In this document: in pieces, positions 56,122 to 64,000 of the stretch
Position numbering within the stretch: position 1 is the stretch's first letter
Layout: each line of letters begins with the position of its first letter
The notes under the pieces: model-generated
Seen by the model: the letters and a program-made list of their open reading frames with translations, nothing else
Database searches by the model: none
What the model was told of the DNA's origin: nothing
Assembly: GCA_963718665.1 (NCBI GenBank)
Contig: OY970359.1
Location: 2,272,001 to 2,336,000, forward strand
Origin: an uncultured Phycisphaerales bacterium
Lineage (GTDB): Bacteria; Planctomycetota; Phycisphaerae; Sedimentisphaerales; Anaerobacaceae
Direction of reading: 5' to 3'
DNA length: 64,000 nt
Program-made: the position numbers and the translations under genes

Positions 56122-56499
56122 ATGGCTGAAAGATATGAAGTTTATGAGTGTAAGGTATGCGGCAATATACTTGAGGTGCTGCGAGGCGGCAAGGGTGATC
56201 TGGTCTGCTGTGGGCAGCCGATGACAAAATTAGTTGTCAATACAGTGGATGCCTCGAAGGAAAAACACGTGCCGGTCATCGAGAAACTCGCCGATGGCTT
56301 CAAGGTCAAGGTCGGCAGTGTTCCTCACCCTATGGAGGAAAAGCATTATATTGAATGGATTGAGCTTTTTGCGGACGGCAAAGAGTATCGCCAGTATCTC
56401 AAACCAGGCGCCGCACCGGAAGCGATATTCAATATAAAGGCGACAAACGTGACGGCTCGCGAACATTGCAACATTCACGGCTTGTGGGAAGCAAAGTAA
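56122..56499 (+). CDS. dfx: desulfoferrodoxin / superoxide reductase
   Basis: C..CGN, CCG.PM, EKHVP, HPM...HYI.WI, CNIHGLW. Confidence 0.96.
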   Translation: MAERYEVYECKVCGNILEVLRGGKGDLVCCGQPMTKLVVNTVDASKEKHVPVIEKLADGFKVKVGSVPHPMEEKHYIEWIELFADGKEYRQYLKPGAAPEAIFNIKATNVTAREHCNIHGLWEAK

Positions 56500-56566
56500 C
56501 CGGCTCGATGTATATGCTCGACAAGGAGCTTGGCAAACGAGGGACCGCGAAGTAAGGAGATTGCTA

Positions 56567-57055
56567 ATGGCTATAAGTTTCAACCTGGACGAAATTTTCG
56601 AGATGGCCGAACAGATAGAAAAAAACGGCGCTAATTTCTATCGTGAGGCCGCCCGCAAGACCGGCGACAAGACGACGCAGAAAACGTTTATGAATCTGGC
56701 GGTAATGGAAGACGGCCATCTGAAAATATTCCAGGAAATGAGAAAACAGCTCGACGCTTCGGACAGGGAGCCGATGACTTTCGACCCGGATGATGAGGCC
56801 GCCTTGTATTTGCAGGCGATGGCCGCGAGTCACGGTATCGAAGGCAAAAAGGATCGGCTGACCAAACTGTCCGGTAACGAAACTATAAGAGAGATATTCG
56901 AGATAGCCGTCAACGCCGAGAAGAATTCGATTGTGTTCTATACCGCCCTGAAAGACATTGTCTCCGCCACAGGCAGGGATAAGGTCGATACGATTATTTC
57001 GGAAGAGCTTGGTCATCTGGCAATACTTAAAATGCAGTTGGCGCAATTGCCGTAA
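56567..57055 (+). CDS. ferritin-like (rubrerythrin diiron domain) protein
   Basis: A.QIE..G..FY, E..H, E..SI.FY, EE..H. Confidence 0.88.
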   Translation: MAISFNLDEIFEMAEQIEKNGANFYREAARKTGDKTTQKTFMNLAVMEDGHLKIFQEMRKQLDASDREPMTFDPDDEAALYLQAMAASHGIEGKKDRLTKLSGNETIREIFEIAVNAEKNSIVFYTALKDIVSATGRDKVDTIISEELGHLAILKMQLAQLP

Positions 57056-57105
57056 TACGGGTTGAGACCGGTTTGACTTACGCTGAATAGGCAGGAAGCC
57101 GAGCA

Positions 57106-57810
57106 ATGCTTGATTTGGAATCACTGTTCAAACTAAGCTATGGTATGTGCATCCTTACTTCAAAAGAGGATGATAAACTAAACGGGTGTATTGTTAACAC
57201 GGTGTTCCAGTTAACGCCTGAGCCGCCTGTGGTGGCGGTAAGCGTCAACAAACAGTGCCTGACGCACCAGTTTATCAGTGCGAGCAGGGTCTTTGCTGTT
57301 TCAATACTTTCAGAAGCGGTGCCGGTACCCTTCATAGGGAAATTCGGTTTCAGGACGGGCAGGGACATCAATAAACTCGGAAAATTACAGTATCGTATCG
57401 GCGAAACGGGAGCCCCGATAATTCTTGATTACGCCGTCGGGTTTCTCGAAGCCGAGGTGATACAATATGTTGATGTTGGAAGCCACACATTATTTATAGG
57501 CAAAATAGTTGCCTGCGAATTGCTTGAAGGCAAAGGTTATCCAATGACCTATGCCTACTATCGCGACGTCAAGCACGGTCGAACGCCCAAGTCGGCGGCT
57601 ACGTATATTGAACATAAACCTCAGGCGGCTGAAGGAGTAAAAAAGATGAAAAAATACAGATGTATTATGTGCAGCTATATTTATGACCCGGCACTTGGCG
57701 ACCCGGACAACGGGGTCAAGCCGGGCACGAGTTTTGAGAATTTGCCCGCCGACTGGGTATGCCCGGAATGCGGCGCCGGCAAAGACGAGTTTGAACCGGT
57801 CAATGACTGA
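57106..57810 (+). CDS. flavin reductase-rubredoxin fusion (high-molecular-weight rubredoxin)
   Basis: [26 protein letters not shown]-terminal C..C.YIYDP..GD...LP.DW.CP.CG. Confidence 0.92.
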   Translation: MLDLESLFKLSYGMCILTSKEDDKLNGCIVNTVFQLTPEPPVVAVSVNKQCLTHQFISASRVFAVSILSEAVPVPFIGKFGFRTGRDINKLGKLQYRIGETGAPIILDYAVGFLEAEVIQYVDVGSHTLFIGKIVACELLEGKGYPMTYAYYRDVKHGRTPKSAATYIEHKPQAAEGVKKMKKYRCIMCSYIYDPALGDPDNGVKPGTSFENLPADWVCPECGAGKDEFEPVND

Positions 57811-57847
57811 TTTTCCGGCCGGGCAGCCGTCGTCGCGGTTTTGATGG

Positions 57848-59404
57848 ATGTTTGCTATGAGCGATATTTGTCCGACAATTTTGCCGCAGGAAATCGCCTG
57901 TGCGGAGGTTAACGCTCCTCCCTGCGGTATAGTTGTATTCGGAGCTTCCGGTGACCTGGTCCGCCGTAAATTACTCGGCAGCGTATTCGAGCTTTTCAGG
58001 CGTGGTTTGCTCAGTGAGAATTTTTATCTTGTGGGCTGCGGCAGGAGCAATTTTTCCGATGAGCAATATCGAACCGATGTCGGTAATGCCGTGAGTGAAT
58101 CTGTCGGAGATGTTCCCCCGGAACTGCTTAGAAGTTTTACGGACAAGGTATATTATATTGTCGGTGATTACGAGCAGGAGTCATTTTACAAATCAATTGC
58201 GGCGAGATTAATAAAACTCAACAAGGCGCATAACGTCGGCGGCAGCCGTATTTTTTATATGGCTGTGCCGCCTTTTTTGTATGGCACAATAGTAAAAGGC
58301 CTCGATTCGGCGGGCCTTTCCTGTCCGGGGCTGCCCGGATGCGAACAAATCCGGCTGGTCGTCGAAAAACCGTTCGGCGCCGATTTGAAAAGTGCAGACG
58401 AACTTAACAAAATCATTCAGAAGCATTTTGCCGAACGTCAGATATACCGCATCGACCATTATCTGGGCAAAGAGACCGTCCAGAACATTTTGATGTTCAG
58501 GTTTGCCAACACAATTTTCGAGCCGGTCTGGAATCGTAATTTCATCGACCATATCCAGATTACAATAGCTGAGTCCGATGGCGTTGAGCATCGCGGTGGC
58601 TATTACGACAAAGCAGGTGCATTTCGGGATATGTTCCAGAATCATATTCTCGGGATGCTTGCTTTTGTTGCGATGGAGCCGCCTGTTTCTTTCGATGCCG
58701 ATTCTGTTCGCGATGAAAAAGTCAAACTGCTACAATGCATAAGGCCGTTGACCGAACAAAGCATAAACACCGATTTTGTCAGGGGGCAATATGCAACCGG
58801 CGAAGTTGACGGCAAAAACGTTGCGGGCTATCGCAATGAGCCGAAGGTCGATGCCTCATCCGACACCGAGACGTATGTGGCCGCGAGATTGTTCGTGGAT
58901 AACTGGCGATGGCAGGACGTGCCTTTTTATCTCAGGACCGGCAAACGCTTAGCGAGAAAAAATACCGAGATTGCCATAACGTTCAAGAAGGTTCCTCATT
59001 CGATGTTTGTTTCCGCCGGCCTGGGTGATTTGCCCGCCAATACCCTGGTGATGCAGATACAGCCGGAGGAAGGAATATCGCTGAGCTTCCAGGCCAAGCG
59101 TCCCGGCTCCAAGGTTTGTATGGGGACGCTGAGGATGAGATTCAGCTATGCCGAAGTCTTTGGTGGCGAGCCGCCGGAGGCGTATCAGCGATTACTTCTT
59201 GATTGTATGCTTGGCGACCAGACACTTTTTACCCGTCAGGATGACGTCGAGGTTTCCTGGGGGTTGCTTGACCCTGTTTTGCAGGCGTGGGCGAACAGAC
59301 AATCGATGCCTTACGAATACAGGGCGGGTTCGGAGAGTTTTCCGCAGGCCGACCGGCTTATCGAATCCGAAGGCAGGACCTGGCGGCCCCTGCGTGAGAT
59401 ATGA
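57848..59404 (+). CDS. zwf: glucose-6-phosphate 1-dehydrogenase
   Basis: GASGDL, EKPFG, RIDHYLGKE, RDMFQNH, RTGK. Confidence 0.96.
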   Translation: MFAMSDICPTILPQEIACAEVNAPPCGIVVFGASGDLVRRKLLGSVFELFRRGLLSENFYLVGCGRSNFSDEQYRTDVGNAVSESVGDVPPELLRSFTDKVYYIVGDYEQESFYKSIAARLIKLNKAHNVGGSRIFYMAVPPFLYGTIVKGLDSAGLSCPGLPGCEQIRLVVEKPFGADLKSADELNKIIQKHFAERQIYRIDHYLGKETVQNILMFRFANTIFEPVWNRNFIDHIQITIAESDGVEHRGGYYDKAGAFRDMFQNHILGMLAFVAMEPPVSFDADSVRDEKVKLLQCIRPLTEQSINTDFVRGQYATGEVDGKNVAGYRNEPKVDASSDTETYVAARLFVDNWRWQDVPFYLRTGKRLARKNTEIAITFKKVPHSMFVSAGLGDLPANTLVMQIQPEEGISLSFQAKRPGSKVCMGTLRMRFSYAEVFGGEPPEAYQRLLLDCMLGDQTLFTRQDDVEVSWGLLDPVLQAWANRQSMPYEYRAGSESFPQADRLIESEGRTWRPLREI

Positions 59405-59429
59405 AATTATCTGTTTGGAGAAACATAAA

Positions 59430-59915
59430 ATGAACATATTTGAATTCGCTATTGAAAAAGAGCAACTGGCGGAACAATTTTATCGCGAGATGGCGCAGCG
59501 TGCGCCTCACAAGGGACTCGTAAGCATCCTCACAATGCTTGCCGACGAAGAACACGGCCACATTGATGTTGTTACGAAAATGAAGGAAGGAGTCGCCGCT
59601 AAGGTCGCGGATACGATATTGCTGACCAACGCCAAGACGATTTTTGCGAAGATGAGGCAGAGCAAAGACAAGTTCAAGTTCGGCGACAGCCAGATTGACC
59701 TTTACAAAAAGGCGCAGGACATAGAAAAAGAAAGCCGGTCGTTCTATCGCCAGAAGGCACAGGAATCGGATAATCCGAGTCATAAGGCGATTTTTAACAC
59801 GCTGGCGGAAGAAGAAAACAAGCATTATTTCCTCCTCGAAAATATAATCGAGTTTGTTTCCAGGCCTCAGACGTGGCTGGAAAACGCGGAGTTCCATCAT
59901 CTCGAAAAGTATTAA
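59430..59915 (+). CDS. ferritin-like (rubrerythrin diiron domain) protein
   Basis: MNIFEFAIEKE...FY, LADEE..H, E.ES..FY, EE.KH, WLENAEF; GGAG SD. Confidence 0.88.
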   Translation: MNIFEFAIEKEQLAEQFYREMAQRAPHKGLVSILTMLADEEHGHIDVVTKMKEGVAAKVADTILLTNAKTIFAKMRQSKDKFKFGDSQIDLYKKAQDIEKESRSFYRQKAQESDNPSHKAIFNTLAEEENKHYFLLENIIEFVSRPQTWLENAEFHHLEKY

Positions 59916-59947
59916 TGGGCGATATTTGAAGAGGGGCGGATACAGGT

Positions 59948-61675
59948 ATGGTGCGGGAGAAGCATATCAAAGCGCAAGGCATTTCAATAGTTCTGTGCGG
60001 CCAAGCGGGTATGGGCATACAAACGGTCGAGGGTATCCTGACCGGGATGCTGAAACTCGCCGGCTATAATGTTTTTGCGACAAAGGAGTATATGTCCCGC
60101 GTCCGCGGCGGCAATAACTCCACGGAAATACGAGTCGGCTCCAAGCCGGTTTCTGCTTATGTTGACCGTATAGATATTCTTGTTCCGTTGAATAAAGGCG
60201 CAATCGCGCATCTGCGGGACAGAATTTCCACAGATACAGTGATTATCGGCGAGGCGGAATTGCTGGGCGATGAGGTCCCCGGTGGAAAATCAAAATTCGT
60301 CGAGACGCCGTTTACTAAAATCGCCAACGACCTCGGCAACAAGATTTACTCCAACGTCGTCGCTACGGGGACACTGGCCGGTTTACTTGGAATGAAGCTC
60401 GATGAGGTTTGCGAATACGTCAGGCGTACGTTTTCCACAAAGGCCGCGGATATTGTTTCAAACAACGTTAAGGCCGCGGAGGCTGGCTTTCGGCTTGCTG
60501 GGGACGTGGCGGCCAGGGCTGATATCAAAATCAATATCAGTCCCGACGCGGGCGTTAAAGACCAGATTATACCGAGCGGCGGCGACGCCATAGGGCTTGG
60601 CGCTATGGCGGGGGGGTGCAATTTCGTTTCTTCGTATCCGATGACACCCTCGACGTCCGTGCTTAGCTTTATGGCAAAGCACGGACGGGGTTCAGGAATA
60701 ATCGTTGAACAGGCGGAAGACGAAATCGCCGCGATAAATATGGCGATTGGCGCATGGTATTCTGGCGCACGGGCGATGGTAACAACGTCGGGAGGGGGTT
60801 TTGCCCTGATGGTGGAGGGTGTGAGCTTGGCGGGTATGCTCGAATCGCCTGTGGTTATTCACCTCGGTCAAAGACCTGCGCCTGCTACGGGCTTACCCAC
60901 TCGAACCGAGCAAGCCGATATAGAGCTTGTGCTTTATGCGGGCCACGGCGAGTTTCCCAGAATTATTTTTACGCCGGGCACGCTTGAGCAGGCATTTTAT
61001 CTTACCGCCCGTGCGTTTAATCTTGCCGACAAATTCCAAATGCCGGTATTTGTTCTCAGCGACCAGTATCTCGTTGATTCTTATTACAATACCGCTGCCT
61101 TTGATGTATCGAAGGTCAAAGTCGAAAAATACGTTGTCAAAACCGCAGCCGATTACAAACGCTACGAAATCACCCCCGACGGCATATCGCCTCGCGGCAT
61201 TCCCGGCTTCGGAAAGGGCCCGGTCTGTGTGGATAGCGATGAACACGACGCTGAAGGGCATATAACGGAGGATTTGGGCCTTAGAACAAAAATGGTCGAT
61301 AAACGCCTGCTAAAACTCGAATCCGCCAAGGCAGAGATTATCGAGCCGCAGCTTTATCCTAATTGCAAATACAAGAATCTCGTTGTCTGCTGGGGTTCGA
61401 CTTATCCGGTTGTTAAAGAGGCGATTGAGCTTTTAGGTAAATCCGATACTTCTCTTTTGCATTACAGCCAGGTTTATCCGCTGCACCCGAAGACCGCGGA
61501 TTATCTGTCTAAGGCAAAACGGGTCGTTATCGTCGAGGGCAATGCTACTGCCCAATTTTCCAAATTGATAAAATTGCATGCCGGTTTCGATATTGAACAC
61601 AAGATTCTGAAATACAGCGGCCTGCAATTTTCAGTCGAGGAAGTAACTGTCGCATTGAAAAAAATCCTGAAGTGA
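59948..61675 (+). CDS. korA: 2-oxoacid:acceptor oxidoreductase alpha subunit (gamma-alpha fusion)
   Basis: [47 protein letters not shown]. Confidence 0.9.
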   Translation: MVREKHIKAQGISIVLCGQAGMGIQTVEGILTGMLKLAGYNVFATKEYMSRVRGGNNSTEIRVGSKPVSAYVDRIDILVPLNKGAIAHLRDRISTDTVIIGEAELLGDEVPGGKSKFVETPFTKIANDLGNKIYSNVVATGTLAGLLGMKLDEVCEYVRRTFSTKAADIVSNNVKAAEAGFRLAGDVAARADIKINISPDAGVKDQIIPSGGDAIGLGAMAGGCNFVSSYPMTPSTSVLSFMAKHGRGSGIIVEQAEDEIAAINMAIGAWYSGARAMVTTSGGGFALMVEGVSLAGMLESPVVIHLGQRPAPATGLPTRTEQADIELVLYAGHGEFPRIIFTPGTLEQAFYLTARAFNLADKFQMPVFVLSDQYLVDSYYNTAAFDVSKVKVEKYVVKTAADYKRYEITPDGISPRGIPGFGKGPVCVDSDEHDAEGHITEDLGLRTKMVDKRLLKLESAKAEIIEPQLYPNCKYKNLVVCWGSTYPVVKEAIELLGKSDTSLLHYSQVYPLHPKTADYLSKAKRVVIVEGNATAQFSKLIKLHAGFDIEHKILKYSGLQFSVEEVTVALKKILK

Positions 61676-61682
61676 GGTTTTT

Positions 61683-62552
61683 ATGGATACGAATGTTTTT
61701 GATATGGGTGAAATTGATATCGCCTGGTGTCCGGGCTGCGGCGATTACGGTATTCTCAACGTGCTCAAAAAAGCTCTTGCTGAGCTTGATATCGCTCCGG
61801 AAAAACTTGTTATGGTCTCAGGCATAGGGCAGGCGGCCAAGATTCCGCATTACCTAAAGACGAATTTTTTCAACGGTCTGCACGGTCGCGCCCTTCCTCC
61901 CGCCACCGCAATTAAAGCGGCTAATCCTTCGATGACCGTTATCGCGGAAAGCGGCGACGGCGATATGTACGGCGAGGGCGGCAATCACTTCATTCACACC
62001 ATCAGGCGAAATCCCGGCATCACAAATATCGTCCATAACAATATGGTTTACGGTCTTACCAAAGGCCAGGCCTCGCCGACGAGCCAGCTTGGTTTCAAGA
62101 CCTCCGTACAGGTCGCGGGCGTTATGCTTGAGCCGTTTAACCCGCTGGCAGTTGCGATTGCCCTTGATGCCGGTTTCGTCGCAAGGGCATTCATTGGCGA
62201 TGCTGACAAAACCAAAGAAATCCTCAAAAAAGCGATTACGCACAAAGGGTATGCCTTAGTCGATATATTCCAGCCCTGCGTTACTTTTAACAAAATAAAC
62301 ACCTGGCAGTGGTTCAAGGAACATACTTATTATCTTGAGGATTCTTACAACCCGCACGACCGCTCGGCTGCTTTCAAAAGGGCGCTCGAAACGGACAAAC
62401 TGCCGCTGGGAATTTTTTATATCAATCCTAACAAGAGCGCATTCGAGAATAATGTCGGGATTTATCAGCAGGATAATCGACCGTTGTTTGAAAGAGAACC
62501 GGATATGAATCGGCTGCGAATGCTCATTGGAAAATTCCGGGCCGCCGGCTAA
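61683..62552 (+). CDS. korB: 2-oxoacid:ferredoxin oxidoreductase beta subunit
   Basis: WCPGCGD, SGIG, LHGR, GDGD..GEGGNH, YGLTKGQ.SPT, QPCVTFN. Confidence 0.9.
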   Translation: MDTNVFDMGEIDIAWCPGCGDYGILNVLKKALAELDIAPEKLVMVSGIGQAAKIPHYLKTNFFNGLHGRALPPATAIKAANPSMTVIAESGDGDMYGEGGNHFIHTIRRNPGITNIVHNNMVYGLTKGQASPTSQLGFKTSVQVAGVMLEPFNPLAVAIALDAGFVARAFIGDADKTKEILKKAITHKGYALVDIFQPCVTFNKINTWQWFKEHTYYLEDSYNPHDRSAAFKRALETDKLPLGIFYINPNKSAFENNVGIYQQDNRPLFEREPDMNRLRMLIGKFRAAG

Positions 62553-62571
62553 TCGCAGGAGTCGTGAGTTA

Positions 62572-63480
62572 ATGAAATCAATGGCTGCCATTTCACCAAC
62601 CGATGCTTCTGCGGCGAAAGCCGAAAAGCTAAAGGCATTGTTCGAAGGGCTGTATAAAAAATACAACCGGAAAGAGTTAATCAAGCCCGACCCGCTGCAA
62701 TTTATTTACCGATACAGCGATCCCGCGGATATGGAAATCGTCGGCCTTCTGTCTGCCTGCCTCGCTTATGGCAGGGTTGAGCAGATTCAGAATGATTTGA
62801 ATGATTTGCTTGGCAGAATGGGCAACAGCCCTTATGAATTTATGCTCAATTTCACGAATAAAGACCGGGCGTTGCTTGAGGATTTCAAGCACCGTTTCAA
62901 TACCGGCAACGACATATCCGACTTGCTTACGCTGCTAAAAGACGTGCTTGCAGAACACGGCAGTATCGAGAAGTATTTTATGCTTGGGCTTGACCCCGCC
63001 CACGAAAATACTATTTTCGCCCTGATGCGTTTCTGCGATTCGCTTTTGGATAAGTATCGTATGACACATCAGGGGCGTCGGTCGAAAGGGCTTGCGTTTC
63101 TTCTCGCGGGGCCCGGCCTGGGCGGGGCGGCCAAACGGCTCAATCTGTTTCTTCGCTGGATGGTTCGCAGCGACGATGTTGATGCGGGCCTTTGGCGCTC
63201 GGTAGATAAATCGAAGCTGATTGTCCCTGTCGATGTTCATATCGCCCGGCTTTGCAGAATTCTTGGCTTTCACAGTCATAAAAACGTTTCGTTGAAAACC
63301 GCCATTGAAATAACGCGCAACTTTGCCCTGATTTCGACGGATGACCCTGTGAAATATGATTTTGCTCTTTCGCGCATCGGCATACTCGAAGATTGTACGG
63401 GCAAGCGCGAGAACAGTGTAACGTCTGCGAATTGCTGCCGTGGTGCCGCAACAGGAAGGACTGGTAATGATAAAGATTAG
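62572..63480 (+). CDS. TIGR02757/DUF2400-family protein; probable frameshift near the 3' end
   Basis: DP.QF, LAYGRV, KRLNLFLRWMVR...VD.GLW, PVDVH..R, DP.KYDFAL. Confidence 0.85.
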   Translation: MKSMAAISPTDASAAKAEKLKALFEGLYKKYNRKELIKPDPLQFIYRYSDPADMEIVGLLSACLAYGRVEQIQNDLNDLLGRMGNSPYEFMLNFTNKDRALLEDFKHRFNTGNDISDLLTLLKDVLAEHGSIEKYFMLGLDPAHENTIFALMRFCDSLLDKYRMTHQGRRSKGLAFLLAGPGLGGAAKRLNLFLRWMVRSDDVDAGLWRSVDKSKLIVPVDVHIARLCRILGFHSHKNVSLKTAIEITRNFALISTDDPVKYDFALSRIGILEDCTGKRENSVTSANCCRGAATGRTGNDKD

Positions 63481-64000
63481 ACCTGAAGACCTCGAAAAAT
63501 ACAGTTCAGCCGTAACGCTTTCGGATATGGAAGTGTTCGTGTTCCCTGAATTGTTCTATGCCCTTATTCTCGCCAATATAATGAGCCCGCTTGTCTGGAA
63601 ATGGCGTGAAGAGGACTGCTTCAAAAAACTCCAAGGCAAGGACAGCTTCAAAAAATTATTACGATTGCGCCAGTTCATAATGGATGAATACGATTTCAAC
63701 CTCGATTTGGAAACATGGGGGCTTACGAGCAAAACAAAGGAGCTGGGTCGTTTTGCCAAATTCGTTTCGCCCGAAGACGTAGCCAAAAGCAACGGTCTTT
63801 TCGGCTACGAGGGTGACAAATACTATTTCGATGTGGATATACGAAAGCACTTCGGCCTGGATAAATACGACACTGATGTTATTCCTTATTGGAAGACCGA
63901 AACCGTCGAGGCGATGGAGGCATTTGTTCACAAGCCAAACTACTCCCAAAAAGCCGGTGAGTGCGTCTCGCTTTCCGCGCTTTATGCCGCCGCGGCGTTT
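63467..64000 (+). CDS. hypothetical protein, N-terminal part (runs off the window end)
   Basis: Not in the ORF track. Open frame from ATG 63467 to the end: MIKIRPEDLEKYSSAVTLSDMEVFVFPEL...FNLDLETWGLT...PYWKTETVEAM...GECVSLSALYAAA. Confidence 0.8.
   Translation, partial: MIKIRPEDLEKYSSAVTLSDMEVFVFPELFYALILANIMSPLVWKWREEDCFKKLQGKDSFKKLLRLRQFIMDEYDFNLDLETWGLTSKTKELGRFAKFVSPEDVAKSNGLFGYEGDKYYFDVDIRKHFGLDKYDTDVIPYWKTETVEAMEAFVHKPNYSQKAGECVSLSALYAAAAF

Noticed and set aside
59148..59429. 255-aa version of the second ferritin-like ORF
   Set aside because: The extension overlaps zwf; the SD and domain start at 59430.
1..64000. CRISPR arrays, tRNA/rRNA genes, transposases, integrases, alternative genetic code
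   Set aside because: I saw no repeat-spacer array, structural RNA or recombinase ORF. Genes end at standard stops, and the two disruptions are frameshifts rather than in-frame stops.

Overview
Bacterial chromosomal window, most likely a Planctomycetota of the Phycisphaerae/Sedimentisphaerales type. This is an inference from the dockerin-like CAZyme tail, the long ACP/FabF-pair cluster and the anaerobe-type oxygen-defence genes. It holds about 58 CDS; I recognised no rRNA, tRNA or CRISPR array. Housekeeping genes (panE, aroD-aroE fusion, argG, prepilin peptidase, comEC, serS, uvrD/pcrA, rnpA, zwf, 2-oxoacid oxidoreductase) are interspersed with six notable blocks. (1) A specialised type II FAS/PKS cluster (two FabZ, a long ACP, one active and one Cys->Glu ketosynthase), split by a GH9 gene. 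(2) An uncharacterised membrane operon: three HflK/HflC-type SPFH proteins, a P1B ATPase, an ABC ATPase/permease and a large unknown protein, with no ftsH. (3) Mannan/galactoside CAZymes. (4) An AT-richer island with a DUF2188-CdnE-Cap15 CBASS operon behind a well-formed sigma-54 promoter, plus rsgA. (5) A GH27-epimerase-GHMP kinase-tandem cytidylyltransferase operon. (6) A PerR-led oxygen/peroxide defence cluster containing two apparent internal in-frame starts. Two frameshifts are visible and may be assembly errors. All functional calls come from motif recognition by eye; no database searches were run.
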